Source: Desulfobacterales bacterium (GTDB taxonomy: Bacteria; Desulfobacterota; Desulfobacteria; Desulfobacterales; UBA5852). From it: a DNA stretch of 38,617 nt. Below are positions 17,838 through 27,263 of this stretch, piece after piece (the first letter of the stretch is position 1; the number at the start of each line of letters is the position of its first letter). The notes beneath the pieces are model-generated. The model did not search any database. It was not told the DNA's origin and saw nothing but the letters and a program-made list of their open reading frames with translations. The stretch spans positions 1-38,617 of the forward strand of contig JASJED010000074.1 of assembly GCA_030065585.1 (NCBI GenBank), given 5' to 3'. Made by a program: the position numbers and the translations under genes.

Positions 17838-18840
17838 GCGACGATTTTCCTCTGAAAAGGTAGTAGCAGTAGGCGGTGTAGCCCAGTACCACGGGGAGTA
17901 AAATTACTGTTCCGATCAACAGTAAGGATTGCGACTCTGGTGCAGCGGCGGCCTGGCGAAAGGTAACGGCGGTCGGTACGATCCAGGGCCAGAGACTGAT
18001 GCCCAAGCCGAGGTAGCTCAGGAGAAATACACCGATACTCAGAAAGAATGGGCGGTATTCAGCCCCCTTGTGGAGGTCACGCCAGATCACGGCAAAAAAC
18101 ACGGCCGTGATCAGGGGGACCGGCAATAGAAAATAAAAATTCGGAAGACTGAACCACAGCCGCCGCACATTGGCATCCATCATCGGCATGCTGATACTCA
18201 CCACGGCAATGAACAACCCCACATAACCGAGCACGTAGGAGGCGGACTGGCGGGCCCAGTGCTGTGTTTCACCATCGGTTTTCATGACCAGCCAGGTGCC
18301 TCCGAGAAGCGCATATCCAAACACGAGGGCGACGCCGACCATAATGCTGTACGCATCGATCCAATCGAAGGCGCCGCCGGCATATTGGCGTCCCTCGACC
18401 GTGATGCCCTGCACCACGGCGCCCAGGATCACACCCTGCATGAACGTTGCCGTCAGCGAGCCGAAGTGAAAGGCATAATCCCAAATGCGGCGGGACTTGC
18501 CGCTGGCCTTGAAGCGAAATTCGAAAGCCACACCCCGGAAAATGAGGCCCAGAAGCATGATGATGACCGGGATATAGAGGGCTGGCATCAGGATGGCATA
18601 CGCCAAGGGGAAAGCTGCAAACAACCCCCCCCCGGCAAGCACCAGCCAGGTTTCGTTGCCATCCCAGAAAGGTGCGATGGAGTTCATCATGCGGTCCCGG
18701 CACTGGTCGGTGGGGGCGAAGGGAAACAGAATGCCAACCCCCAGGTCGAATCCATCCAGGATCACGTACAGCAGGACGGCCGTCATGATGAGGCCGTACC
18801 AAATCATAGGCAGGTCTACGAAAGCTTCAAAATTAAGCAT
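17821..18840 (-). CDS. cydB: Cytochrome bd ubiquinol oxidase subunit II
   Basis: YVILDGFDLGVGIL, PFWDGNETWLV, FRGVAFEFR. Confidence 0.96.
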   Translation of the reverse strand: MLNFEAFVDLPMIWYGLIMTAVLLYVILDGFDLGVGILFPFAPTDQCRDRMMNSIAPFWDGNETWLVLAGGGLFAAFPLAYAILMPALYIPVIIMLLGLIFRGVAFEFRFKASGKSRRIWDYAFHFGSLTATFMQGVILGAVVQGITVEGRQYAGGAFDWIDAYSIMVGVALVFGYALLGGTWLVMKTDGETQHWARQSASYVLGYVGLFIAVVSISMPMMDANVRRLWFSLPNFYFLLPVPLITAVFFAVIWRDLHKGAEYRPFFLSIGVFLLSYLGLGISLWPWIVPTAVTFRQAAAAPESQSLLLIGTVILLPVVLGYTAYCYYLFRGKSSHETAY

Positions 18841-20236
18841 GCCCGCCTCCTTCCCCCGTTACCAGTTTGGTCACGATGGGGGGCTTCCTGACACCATGAG
18901 CGCCGTAAGCTTCCTCATCCGAGACTGGCCCTTTGTTGATCAGGTGCAGGATATAATAGGCACCGGCCCCGAAGACAAAGGTGTAGGTGACCACAAAAGC
19001 GGTCAGCGAAATGGCGATGGAAGGCGCCGCCACCGGTGAAACCGCATCACTCGTTCGCAAGATTTCATAAACGATGTAGGGCTGTCGTCCAATTTCGGTG
19101 ACGAACCAACCGGCCAACACGGCGATAAATCCCGAGGGTGCCAACGCCATGCACCAGTACTGGAACCAGCGCGTATCAAAAAGCCGTTTTTTGAAGTGCA
19201 GGACCAGAGCGATCAAGCCCGTTAGGATCATCAATGTGCCGATGCCGACCATGATGCGAAACGACCAGAAAACCCATGCCACGGGCGGACGCTCTTCCTT
19301 CGGCCATTCTTTAAGCCCCTTCACCTCACCATCGAGGTCGTGCGTCAGGATGAGACTCGTCAGGTAGGGTATTTCGATGGCCCATTTGTTTTCTTCGGCC
19401 TCCTGATCCGGCCAGGCGAAAAGCGTCATGGGGGCGCCACGCTGTGTTTCCCACAAACCCTCCATGGCCGCCACCTTGGCGGGCTGGTGCTCAAGCGTGT
19501 TAAGCCCGTGCAAGTCACCAATCACGAGTTGCATCGGGGCTACGAAAATCGCCATAATCATGGCCATGCCCAGCATGATCCGCGCATGTTTTACGTGCCG
19601 GCGGCGCCAGAGATAAAACGAGGCGACGCCGGCCACCACGAAAGCGGTCGTCAGATAGGCCGCTATCGTCATGTGGGCGAAGCGGTAAGGAAAGGAGGGG
19701 TTGAAAATCACGGCCAGCCAGTCGGTGGGGTAAAACAAACCGTCATCAGCGACGCGAAAGCCCTGCGGTGTCTGCATCCAACTATTGGCCGACAGAATCC
19801 AGAAGGCCGACACCAGTGTTCCCGCGGCCACGATGACGGTCGAGGCAAAATGCATTCGGGGGCTAACACGATTCCATCCAAAAAGCATGACGCCCAGAAA
19901 CGAGGCCTCCAGAAAAAAGGCGGTCAAAACCTCATAGCCCAGCAGGGGCCCCAGTACATTGCCTGTCTTATCGGCGAATTCAGACCAGTTGGTCCCGAAT
20001 TGAAAGCTCAAGACCACTCCGGATACAACACCCATGCCGAAGGCCACCGCAAATATTTTAACCCACATGCGATAGATTTCAGCATAGATTTGATTGCCGG
20101 TTTTGAGCCAGCGCCATTCGAGAACGGCCAACCAACTCGCCAGGCCAATCGTAAAGGCCGGAAATAGGATGTGAAAAGAAACCGTAAATGCAAATTGAAT
20201 ACGCGCGAGAATAACAGGATCTAGATTATCCAGCAT
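18833..20236 (-). CDS. cydA: Cytochrome bd ubiquinol oxidase subunit I (short Q-loop, CioA-like)
   Basis: ARIQFAFTVSFHILFP, FQFGTNW, HQPAKVAAMEG, GWFVTEIGRQP; 467 aa. Confidence 0.96.
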   Translation of the reverse strand: MLDNLDPVILARIQFAFTVSFHILFPAFTIGLASWLAVLEWRWLKTGNQIYAEIYRMWVKIFAVAFGMGVVSGVVLSFQFGTNWSEFADKTGNVLGPLLGYEVLTAFFLEASFLGVMLFGWNRVSPRMHFASTVIVAAGTLVSAFWILSANSWMQTPQGFRVADDGLFYPTDWLAVIFNPSFPYRFAHMTIAAYLTTAFVVAGVASFYLWRRRHVKHARIMLGMAMIMAIFVAPMQLVIGDLHGLNTLEHQPAKVAAMEGLWETQRGAPMTLFAWPDQEAEENKWAIEIPYLTSLILTHDLDGEVKGLKEWPKEERPPVAWVFWSFRIMVGIGTLMILTGLIALVLHFKKRLFDTRWFQYWCMALAPSGFIAVLAGWFVTEIGRQPYIVYEILRTSDAVSPVAAPSIAISLTAFVVTYTFVFGAGAYYILHLINKGPVSDEEAYGAHGVRKPPIVTKLVTGEGGGHA

Positions 20237-20290
20237 ATTATCACCTTGAACACTTAAAAGTTAGACAAAAACTATACAAATTTTAAAAAT

Positions 20291-20318
20291 ATTCTAAGTT
20301 CATGGCTTTCCTTGTCAA
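20291..20318 (-). promoter_or_regulatory. Sigma70-type promoter for cydAB
   Basis: Minus strand TTGACA-16 nt-TAGAAT, followed by an AT-rich leader and RBS AAGGTG. Confidence 0.65.
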
Positions 20319-20616
20319 GCGGTGTGCGACGAACATTCGTCACCGTGATAGGCCCACTGCGGGCAGGTCGCGAGATCGGATATAGATTGACGGTCTGGCT
20401 ATCGATAGGATCTTCGTGCCGATGCGACCTTAGAACGTCGCGCGGGTTGCCGGGCTTGATGACCCAAAGCGGGTTTGCGGTGAACGGTTTGATCACCAGC
20501 TTGTATGGGTTGGCATTGCGCGTATCGCCAAGGCGGAGCAACAAGACGGCATGTTCACAACATTTGAGCCGGATACGGGCGAGATAAGGAACTCCTACGA
20601 GGTGGGAACTGTCCAA

Positions 20617-20657
20617 CCAGCCCCGGATTGTGCTTGAGGTCGAAAATCCGGGGCCGG
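20617..20657 (-). terminator. Hairpin downstream of slyD
   Basis: CCGGCCCCGGATT...AATCCGGGGCTGG just after the slyD stop; weak U-tract. Confidence 0.45.
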
Positions 20658-20664
20658 TGTTGAA

Positions 20665-21171
20665 TTAGCCGCAGCCGCAGCCGGATTTGTCTGAATCGCA
20701 GTGGCAGCCGCCGCCGCATCCGGCATGCTGCTGGGTGGGGCTTGGACTGATGCCGACAACTTCGATGTCGAAGTTAAGCGCCTGGCCGGCCAGCGGATGG
20801 TTCAAATCCACGGTGATCTGCTCATCATCAACCTGGGCGATACGGGCCGGAACCTGGCGGCCGTCCGGGGTGGTCAGGGCAATGGCCTGACCGACCTGGG
20901 GGTCCATTTCCGGGGGCACCTCGGCGCGGGCGAATTGATGCATGTGTTTGTCGTCACGCAGCCCGTAGGCCTCTTCCGGCTTAAGCCGGAAGTTCTTTGT
21001 CTGGTTCAGCGACATGTCACTCAGGGCCGCTTCAAACCCCGGGATCAATTGACCGGCGCCCATCTTGATCTCGAGGGGCTGGCGCCCTTCGCTGGTATCA
21101 AAAACGCTGCCATCGTCAAGGGTGCCCTTGTAGTGAACGCTGATGAAAAGACCATTTTCGACTTTTTGCAT
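20665..21171 (-). CDS. slyD: FKBP-type peptidyl-prolyl isomerase SlyD
   Basis: VHYKGTLDDGSVFD, GQLIPGFE, VDLNHPLAGQALNF; Cys/His-rich tail HAGCGGGCHC..GCGCG. Confidence 0.92.
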   Translation of the reverse strand: MQKVENGLFISVHYKGTLDDGSVFDTSEGRQPLEIKMGAGQLIPGFEAALSDMSLNQTKNFRLKPEEAYGLRDDKHMHQFARAEVPPEMDPQVGQAIALTTPDGRQVPARIAQVDDEQITVDLNHPLAGQALNFDIEVVGISPSPTQQHAGCGGGCHCDSDKSGCGCG

Positions 21172-21258
21172 AAAAAACTCCTGGGTAAAGTTTAAAAGTC
21201 CTCAAAAGTAGGGATATTTTTCTAAAAATCAAGGAAATCCCGGGGAGGGGGGAGCAGA

Positions 21259-21930
21259 TCAGCGGACTTCCATCGATTGCTGGGGAACACGGCGCAGTTG
21301 CCCGACATCGTAGCCGACCCGGGCGAGAAGTTCCAGAATTTTAGCGTAGTCGGATTCGGGAATCGACGGCGTGCGGGCCATCACCCAGACGTAATCGCGT
21401 TTGGTCCGGCCGATAACCGTCTGGGAATAATCTTCGGTAAGGTAGATGATCCGGTATTCCGCCTTGAAGGGCCAGATAAATTGCATACCCCATACGGCGT
21501 TCCCGGTGCCCTCCCGGACAAAACCGCGGGGGTTGTATTCTTTTGGGGGGCCGTCAAAACCGCCCTTATTGAAGGTAAACCGGGTCGCCACCGTCCCGTC
21601 CGCGTCTAGACGATAGCTCTCTAGTGCGTTGTAGGCTCCTTTTTCGAATGAAGTCGGAATACTGGCGATCACATACCAGTCGCCCATGAAGCGCTCAATA
21701 TCGACGGAGGCGACCGTGGGAATCGGTTGGGGGGTCTGGCAGCCCGCCACCAAGGCCAGAATTATCGCGAAGAGGAAATAGCGGGTGATCGCCTTCTTCG
21801 CGCCGGCACGGCGGTAATCCGCTACGATGCCGCAACGGTGGGCCGCCCCGAGGTGCCGATTGGTCAGACGGCGGGGTAAATCAGAGGCGTTGCGGCAGTG
21901 GCCAAAGGCAGTGAAACTTGTATGCGGCAT
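21259..21930 (-). CDS. blc: Bacterial lipocalin (Blc-like lipoprotein); start uncertain
   Basis: Lipobox LVAG|C; VDIERFMGDWYVIA, WPFKAEYRI, YVWVMARTP. Confidence 0.85.
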   Translation of the reverse strand: MPHTSFTAFGHCRNASDLPRRLTNRHLGAAHRCGIVADYRRAGAKKAITRYFLFAIILALVAGCQTPQPIPTVASVDIERFMGDWYVIASIPTSFEKGAYNALESYRLDADGTVATRFTFNKGGFDGPPKEYNPRGFVREGTGNAVWGMQFIWPFKAEYRIIYLTEDYSQTVIGRTKRDYVWVMARTPSIPESDYAKILELLARVGYDVGQLRRVPQQSMEVR

Positions 21931-22006
21931 AGGGCTATGCGCTCTCTTTCAGGTTCGATGGTCAATCGTTGATGATCGTTAATTAGTTTTAGACAAGCTG
22001 TGCTTC

Positions 22007-23077
22007 ATGTCAACCAGCCGGGAAAGGTTTAGAGGCGGCGGGAAAAAAAGCCTTGCTAATCCAGGCCGTCGGCGTATTGTCGATGACATGCAAGCGAGTA
22101 CGCACCATGTTTTTTGGCGGCATCCTGCCGGCTTGGACCGCCCGCATCTCGCACGGCAGCGCCCTGTGGTCTTTGCGGGCCAGGCCGTCCTCCGACGATT
22201 GGTCTGCATACTCATCGTGTGGTGGGTCACCCTCGACCCGATCGCGGCACAGGTGGCGGAGCGCTATATTCTGGTGCTCAAGGATGGCCGGCGCATTGCC
22301 GTTTCCAGGTATGAGACATCGGGCGACCATATTTACTACGAACGCTTCGATGCCCGCATCGGTATTGACCGAGCCCTGGTTGAGACGATTCTGGTTATCC
22401 CGCCAAGCCAAGACACGCCGGTTTTGGAGGATGTCATCCTGGGGCGCGTGCTCAAAATCCATGACCGTCAATTCACGCTCGGCGATTTTTTGCGCGAAGA
22501 CTTCTTTACGGCCGAGATCGAACCGCGCCTGTCACCGGAAGAACAAACCGCCTATGTCCGCAAACTGATCAGCTTGAAGCGATGGCAAATCCTGGAGATC
22601 GAGGATCAGTGGTCGATTGCCGAGAAGAAGGGCGATATCGTCGATCTGGGCGTGCGCGAGCAACAGCTGATCGCCGCCCTGAGAGATCTAAACGATGGGC
22701 AGCGCGCCTTGTCCAAACTGGTGCAGCGGCACCGCGCCGCCCCGGCGCGGAGCGGTTCAGGAACCCGTTCCTCAGGGCCGGAAGAAAACGAAACCACGGC
22801 GGGTGGCGACATGGCGGCCAACGGGCACCCGGCTGCGGAAGTTTCGATCGATGCCCTGATGGATCCTGCGGCCGGCCGGGATCGATTGCAGCACCAACGT
22901 GAAATGCTAGTGATCGTGATCAAGAAAAATTATGATGCCGGCGAAAAAGCCGGAGGTGTCTTGACGCTGCAGCAGGCCCGTCAGGATTTGCGGATCGTTG
23001 ATTTGCAAATCAGGTATTTCGACCAACTGGCGGGTGTGCCGCCCACGTCGACAGCCCCGCCCTTGCCAAACCCATGA
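22007..23077 (+). CDS. Hypothetical exported protein (start probably later, ~22088-22166)
   Basis: Signal-like LVCILIVWWVTLDPIAA; YILVLKDGRRI beta-rich N-terminal domain; coiled-coil segments. Confidence 0.65.
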   Translation: MSTSRERFRGGGKKSLANPGRRRIVDDMQASTHHVFWRHPAGLDRPHLARQRPVVFAGQAVLRRLVCILIVWWVTLDPIAAQVAERYILVLKDGRRIAVSRYETSGDHIYYERFDARIGIDRALVETILVIPPSQDTPVLEDVILGRVLKIHDRQFTLGDFLREDFFTAEIEPRLSPEEQTAYVRKLISLKRWQILEIEDQWSIAEKKGDIVDLGVREQQLIAALRDLNDGQRALSKLVQRHRAAPARSGSGTRSSGPEENETTAGGDMAANGHPAAEVSIDALMDPAAGRDRLQHQREMLVIVIKKNYDAGEKAGGVLTLQQARQDLRIVDLQIRYFDQLAGVPPTSTAPPLPNP

Positions 23078-23405
23078 CAGTTGGGCCTTCCGGGCAGCCA
23101 ACCCGACCACCGCTCAAATCGCGTCCCGACAACCAGGGACTGCCATGCCTGCGGCCCGCAGGTGCTGGTTACGCCGCCGACCCTGAAGTTGCCCGCACCG
23201 TCGAAGTCAGCATCGTCTTGAATCCCTGGGCTAGATTGCCTTTTAACGTCATTCATAGTTAAATGGTGCCGTCGACGGTTAGTGAACGTTGGCGTTTTAT
23301 TGTTACGAACGTGCCATTCGTTCGGGGTTGACGAGCAAATTCATGAATTCCCGCCCGGTGCGCTCCGGGGGGCGCATGCCCCGTGCCCGGCGAGAAAGGC
23401 AAACC

Positions 23406-24854
23406 ATGATCGTTCCTGTCATTCTGGCCGGCGGCGCCGGCACGCGGTTGTGGCCGCTGTCGCGAGAACTGCATCCCAAACAGCTCCTGCAGTTGACCGG
23501 CCATCACAGCATGATTCAAACGACGCTCGCGCGTTTGAAGGGGCTGGCCGACCTGGCGCCGCCGGTGGTCATCTGCAACGAGAGTCACCGCTTCATGATC
23601 GCGGAGCAGATGCGGGAGATCGGCATCCGTCCCCAGGCGATCATTCTGGAACCGGTGGGGCGCAACACGGCGCCGGCCATTGCCACGGCCGCCCTTTTCA
23701 TGGCGCGGCACGCCCCTGCGGATGATTTGCTGGTGCTGCCGGCGGATCACCACATCGGCCAGCCGGCGGCCTTCCATCAGGCGGTGGTTGCCGGCTGCCA
23801 ATTGACCGCCCGCCAGCACCTGGCAACCTTTGGCATCGTGCCCACCGCGCCGGAAACCGGATACGGCTACATCCAAAAGGGGCAGGTCCTGGAAAACGAT
23901 TCAGGGGACCACACGGGCTGGGCCATCGAGGCCTTTGTCGAAAAGCCCGATCGCCAGGTCGCCGAAAGCTATCTGGCTTCCGGGGACTATCTCTGGAACA
24001 GCGGTATGTTTCTTTTTCGAACGGACGTTATCCTGGAAGAGATGCAGCGACTGGTGCCGGAAATGGTCGGCGCCTGTGAGACCTCCTTGCACCGTGCGGT
24101 GATCGATCTTGATTTCCTGCGCTTGGACGTCGAAGCCTTTGGGGAATGCCCATCGGATTCCATCGATTACGCCATCATGGAAAAAACGGATCGCGGGGCC
24201 ATGGTTCCCCTGGATGCCGCCTGGAATGATTTAGGGTCCTGGGAAGCCTTGTGGAACGTGGGGGACAAAGACGCCGCCGCCAACGTCGTTACCGGTGACG
24301 CGCTGCTGCACGACGTTACCAATTCCTACATATTGGCCGACAGCCGCCTGGTGGCGGCGCTCGGCGTGGATCGCCACATTATCGTGGAAACCGCCGATGC
24401 GGTGTTCATTTCCCCGCGGGATCGCGTTCAGGATGTGAAACATCTGGTTATGCGGCTAAAGGCTGATCAGCGCGGGGAAGGCATCCGTCATCGGCGGGTT
24501 TACCGTCCCTGGGGGACGGTGGAGAGCATCATCGCCGCGGAACGCTTCCAGGTCAAACACATCACCGTCAACCCGGACGCGCGCATCTCTTCTCAAAAAC
24601 ACGACCATCGCGCCGAGCACTGGGTCGTGGTCAAGGGTACGGCGCTCGTCAACCGGGGTGAGGAGGAATTCATTCTCAAAGAAGACCAATCTACCTACAT
24701 ACCGGTGGGTCAGTCCCATCGCCTCAAGAATCCCGGCAAACTGCCGCTCGAAATCATCGAGGTCCGGACGGGAAGCTATTTGGGCGAGGACGATATCCAC
24801 CGCTATGACGATGACTACGGTCGCTGCTTTCCCACGTGCCCAAGCGATGGGTAA
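23406..24854 (+). CDS. manC: Mannose-1-phosphate guanylyltransferase / mannose-6-phosphate isomerase
   Basis: PVILAGGAGTRLWPLSR, EPVGRNTAPA, WNSGMF, cupin RPWG..HRAEHWVVV. Confidence 0.96.
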   Translation: MIVPVILAGGAGTRLWPLSRELHPKQLLQLTGHHSMIQTTLARLKGLADLAPPVVICNESHRFMIAEQMREIGIRPQAIILEPVGRNTAPAIATAALFMARHAPADDLLVLPADHHIGQPAAFHQAVVAGCQLTARQHLATFGIVPTAPETGYGYIQKGQVLENDSGDHTGWAIEAFVEKPDRQVAESYLASGDYLWNSGMFLFRTDVILEEMQRLVPEMVGACETSLHRAVIDLDFLRLDVEAFGECPSDSIDYAIMEKTDRGAMVPLDAAWNDLGSWEALWNVGDKDAAANVVTGDALLHDVTNSYILADSRLVAALGVDRHIIVETADAVFISPRDRVQDVKHLVMRLKADQRGEGIRHRRVYRPWGTVESIIAAERFQVKHITVNPDARISSQKHDHRAEHWVVVKGTALVNRGEEEFILKEDQSTYIPVGQSHRLKNPGKLPLEIIEVRTGSYLGEDDIHRYDDDYGRCFPTCPSDG

Positions 24855-24952
24855 GGCCGCCGCCCGCAAGAGCCTCGGTGGGCCGACCCCGCGCGACTTC
24901 GCAGCATGGCCGCACCGATCGATTTTGTAATATCAACCTATAGGAACCGAGA

Positions 24953-26068
24953 ATGAAAAAAGCACTGATTACCGGCATCACGGGGCAGGACGGCGCTTAT
25001 CTGGCTGAATTGCTGTTGCACAAAGACTATGCGGTCCATGGGATCAAGCGCCGTGCGTCTTCCATCAATACCGAACGCGTCGATCATCTCTACAAGGATC
25101 CGCATGAAGAGGACGTCCGCTTCACGATGCATTACGGCGACCTGACGGATGCCACCAATCTGATCCGTATCATCCAGGAAGTACAGCCGGACGAGATTTA
25201 CAACTTGGCCGCCCAGAGTCACGTCATGGTCAGTTTCGAAACACCCGAATACACCGCCAATGCCGACGCGCTTGGAACCCTGCGGCTCCTGGAGGCCATT
25301 CGTATATTGGGCCTTGAAAACCAGACGCGTTTCTACCAGGCCTCCACCAGCGAAATGTTCGGCAAAGTACGCGAAACCCCCCAGACCGAGACAACCCCTT
25401 TCTACCCCCGGAGCCCGTATGGGGCCGCCAAGGTTTACGCCTACTGGATTACGGTCAACTACCGAGAGGCCTACGGCATGTATGCCTGCAATGGCATTCT
25501 TTTCAACCACGAGTCGCCGATCCGCGGCGAGACCTTCGTGACCCGTAAAATAAGCCGCGCCGTGGCGCGGATGCACATGGGGCTGCAGGACTGTCTCTTC
25601 CTGGGTAACCTGGAGGCGCGAAGAGACTGGGGGCATGCCCAGGATTACGTCCGGGCCATGTGGGGCATGCTTCAGCAGGAGCAACCGGAAGACTACGTGA
25701 TTGCCACGGGCGAGGATCATTCCGTGCGTGAGTTCATCGAAAAGGCCTTTGCGGTCGTGGGCGTCGCGATTCGCTGGGAGGGTGAAGGTCCCGAGGAGAT
25801 CGGTCGCGTCGACCAGATCACGGCTGCCAGGGGATCGGCCCTGCGACCCGGCGATACGATCGTGCGTATCGATCCGCGTTATTTTCGTCCCACGGAAGTC
25901 GATTTTCTATTGGGGGACCCCACCAAGGCCCGGGAAAAACTGGGCTGGGTGCCGGAAGTCAGCTTCGATGAACTGGTGGCGACCATGATGCAGGAAGATC
26001 TCAAGGTGGCCGACCGGGACCGCCTGTGCGATATTGCCGGTTTTCCCATCTATCAACATGCTGAATAG
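24953..26068 (+). CDS. gmd: GDP-mannose 4,6-dehydratase
   Basis: [46 protein letters not shown]. Confidence 0.97.
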   Translation: MKKALITGITGQDGAYLAELLLHKDYAVHGIKRRASSINTERVDHLYKDPHEEDVRFTMHYGDLTDATNLIRIIQEVQPDEIYNLAAQSHVMVSFETPEYTANADALGTLRLLEAIRILGLENQTRFYQASTSEMFGKVRETPQTETTPFYPRSPYGAAKVYAYWITVNYREAYGMYACNGILFNHESPIRGETFVTRKISRAVARMHMGLQDCLFLGNLEARRDWGHAQDYVRAMWGMLQQEQPEDYVIATGEDHSVREFIEKAFAVVGVAIRWEGEGPEEIGRVDQITAARGSALRPGDTIVRIDPRYFRPTEVDFLLGDPTKAREKLGWVPEVSFDELVATMMQEDLKVADRDRLCDIAGFPIYQHAE

Positions 26069-26086
26069 CACCCGAAAGAACACCGT

Positions 26087-27205
26087 ATGAACCGACAGAA
26101 TCGGATCTATGTGGCCGGACACCGCGGGATGGTGGGGGCCGCTATCGCCCGGCGGCTTCGTGCCGAGGGCTATGATCAGCTGATTACCCGCCGGCACGCC
26201 GATCTGGACCTGACCGACCAGACAGCCGTCCGGCAGTTTTTCCGCCACCAGCCGATCGATCACGTGGTCCTGGCAGCGGCGCGTGTCGGTGGCATTCAGG
26301 CCAACAACACCTATCCGGCCGAATTCATCTATCAGAACCTGATGATCGAGGCCAACGTGATCCACGGGGCCTATCAGGCCGGGGTGCGGCATCTCCTTTT
26401 TTTGGGCAGTTCCTGCATTTATCCCAAATATGCCGAACAGCCCCTAAAGGAAGAAGACCTTCTTAGCGGCTGGCTGGAGCCCACCAATGAACCCTACGCG
26501 GTGGCCAAGATTGCCGGCATCAAGCTCTGTGAGGCCTACAACCGCCAGTACGGCACCCGTTTTCGTTCGCTGATGCCGACCAATCTTTACGGCCCCCATG
26601 ACAACTACGATCTGGAGACTTCGCACGTTCTGCCGGCCCTGATCCGCAAATTTCATCTGGCCAAATTGGCCCTGAACAAGGACTGGGAGGCGGTGGCCGC
26701 CGACGAAAGGCGCCATGGACCGATTCCCGATGAGATCCGGGCTTCGCTGGGCGATCCGCAAAGCCCGAAACGAGGAACGACACCACAGGTGGTCCTCTGG
26801 GGCAGCGGCCGCCCCTATCGTGAATTTTTACATGTGGACGATCTGGCCGCGGCGTGCCTCTTCATCATGAACCAGCCCGACGAGCGCTTAGCCGAGATCA
26901 TGACAGCCGCGAGCAGGGCAGGCGCAGACGACACCGGAACTGCCCCGCGTCACAACCTGCGGCCCGAGACCTGCCTGGTGAATGTCGGCACGGGGCGCGA
27001 CCTGACCATCAGGGCCTTGGCCGAAACCGTCGCCGAGGTCGTGGGCTATGCTGGCCGGGTCGTTTGGGATACCGCTAAACCCGACGGCACCCCCCGCAAG
27101 CAACTCGATGTCAGCCGTTTGCTGCAGCTGGGCTGGGAACCCCGGATCGGTCTGCGCGAAGGCATCCAGCTGACGTACCAGGCCTATCTGGACGCTTGCG
27201 ATTAG
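26087..27205 (+). CDS. fcl: GDP-L-fucose synthase
   Basis: [40 protein letters not shown]. Confidence 0.95.
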   Translation: MNRQNRIYVAGHRGMVGAAIARRLRAEGYDQLITRRHADLDLTDQTAVRQFFRHQPIDHVVLAAARVGGIQANNTYPAEFIYQNLMIEANVIHGAYQAGVRHLLFLGSSCIYPKYAEQPLKEEDLLSGWLEPTNEPYAVAKIAGIKLCEAYNRQYGTRFRSLMPTNLYGPHDNYDLETSHVLPALIRKFHLAKLALNKDWEAVAADERRHGPIPDEIRASLGDPQSPKRGTTPQVVLWGSGRPYREFLHVDDLAAACLFIMNQPDERLAEIMTAASRAGADDTGTAPRHNLRPETCLVNVGTGRDLTIRALAETVAEVVGYAGRVVWDTAKPDGTPRKQLDVSRLLQLGWEPRIGLREGIQLTYQAYLDACD

Positions 27206-27263
27206 ACCTGCTGCCGGGCGATAACAACCGCGGCCTCGTCGCTGTACTTAGAAAGGATCATCG

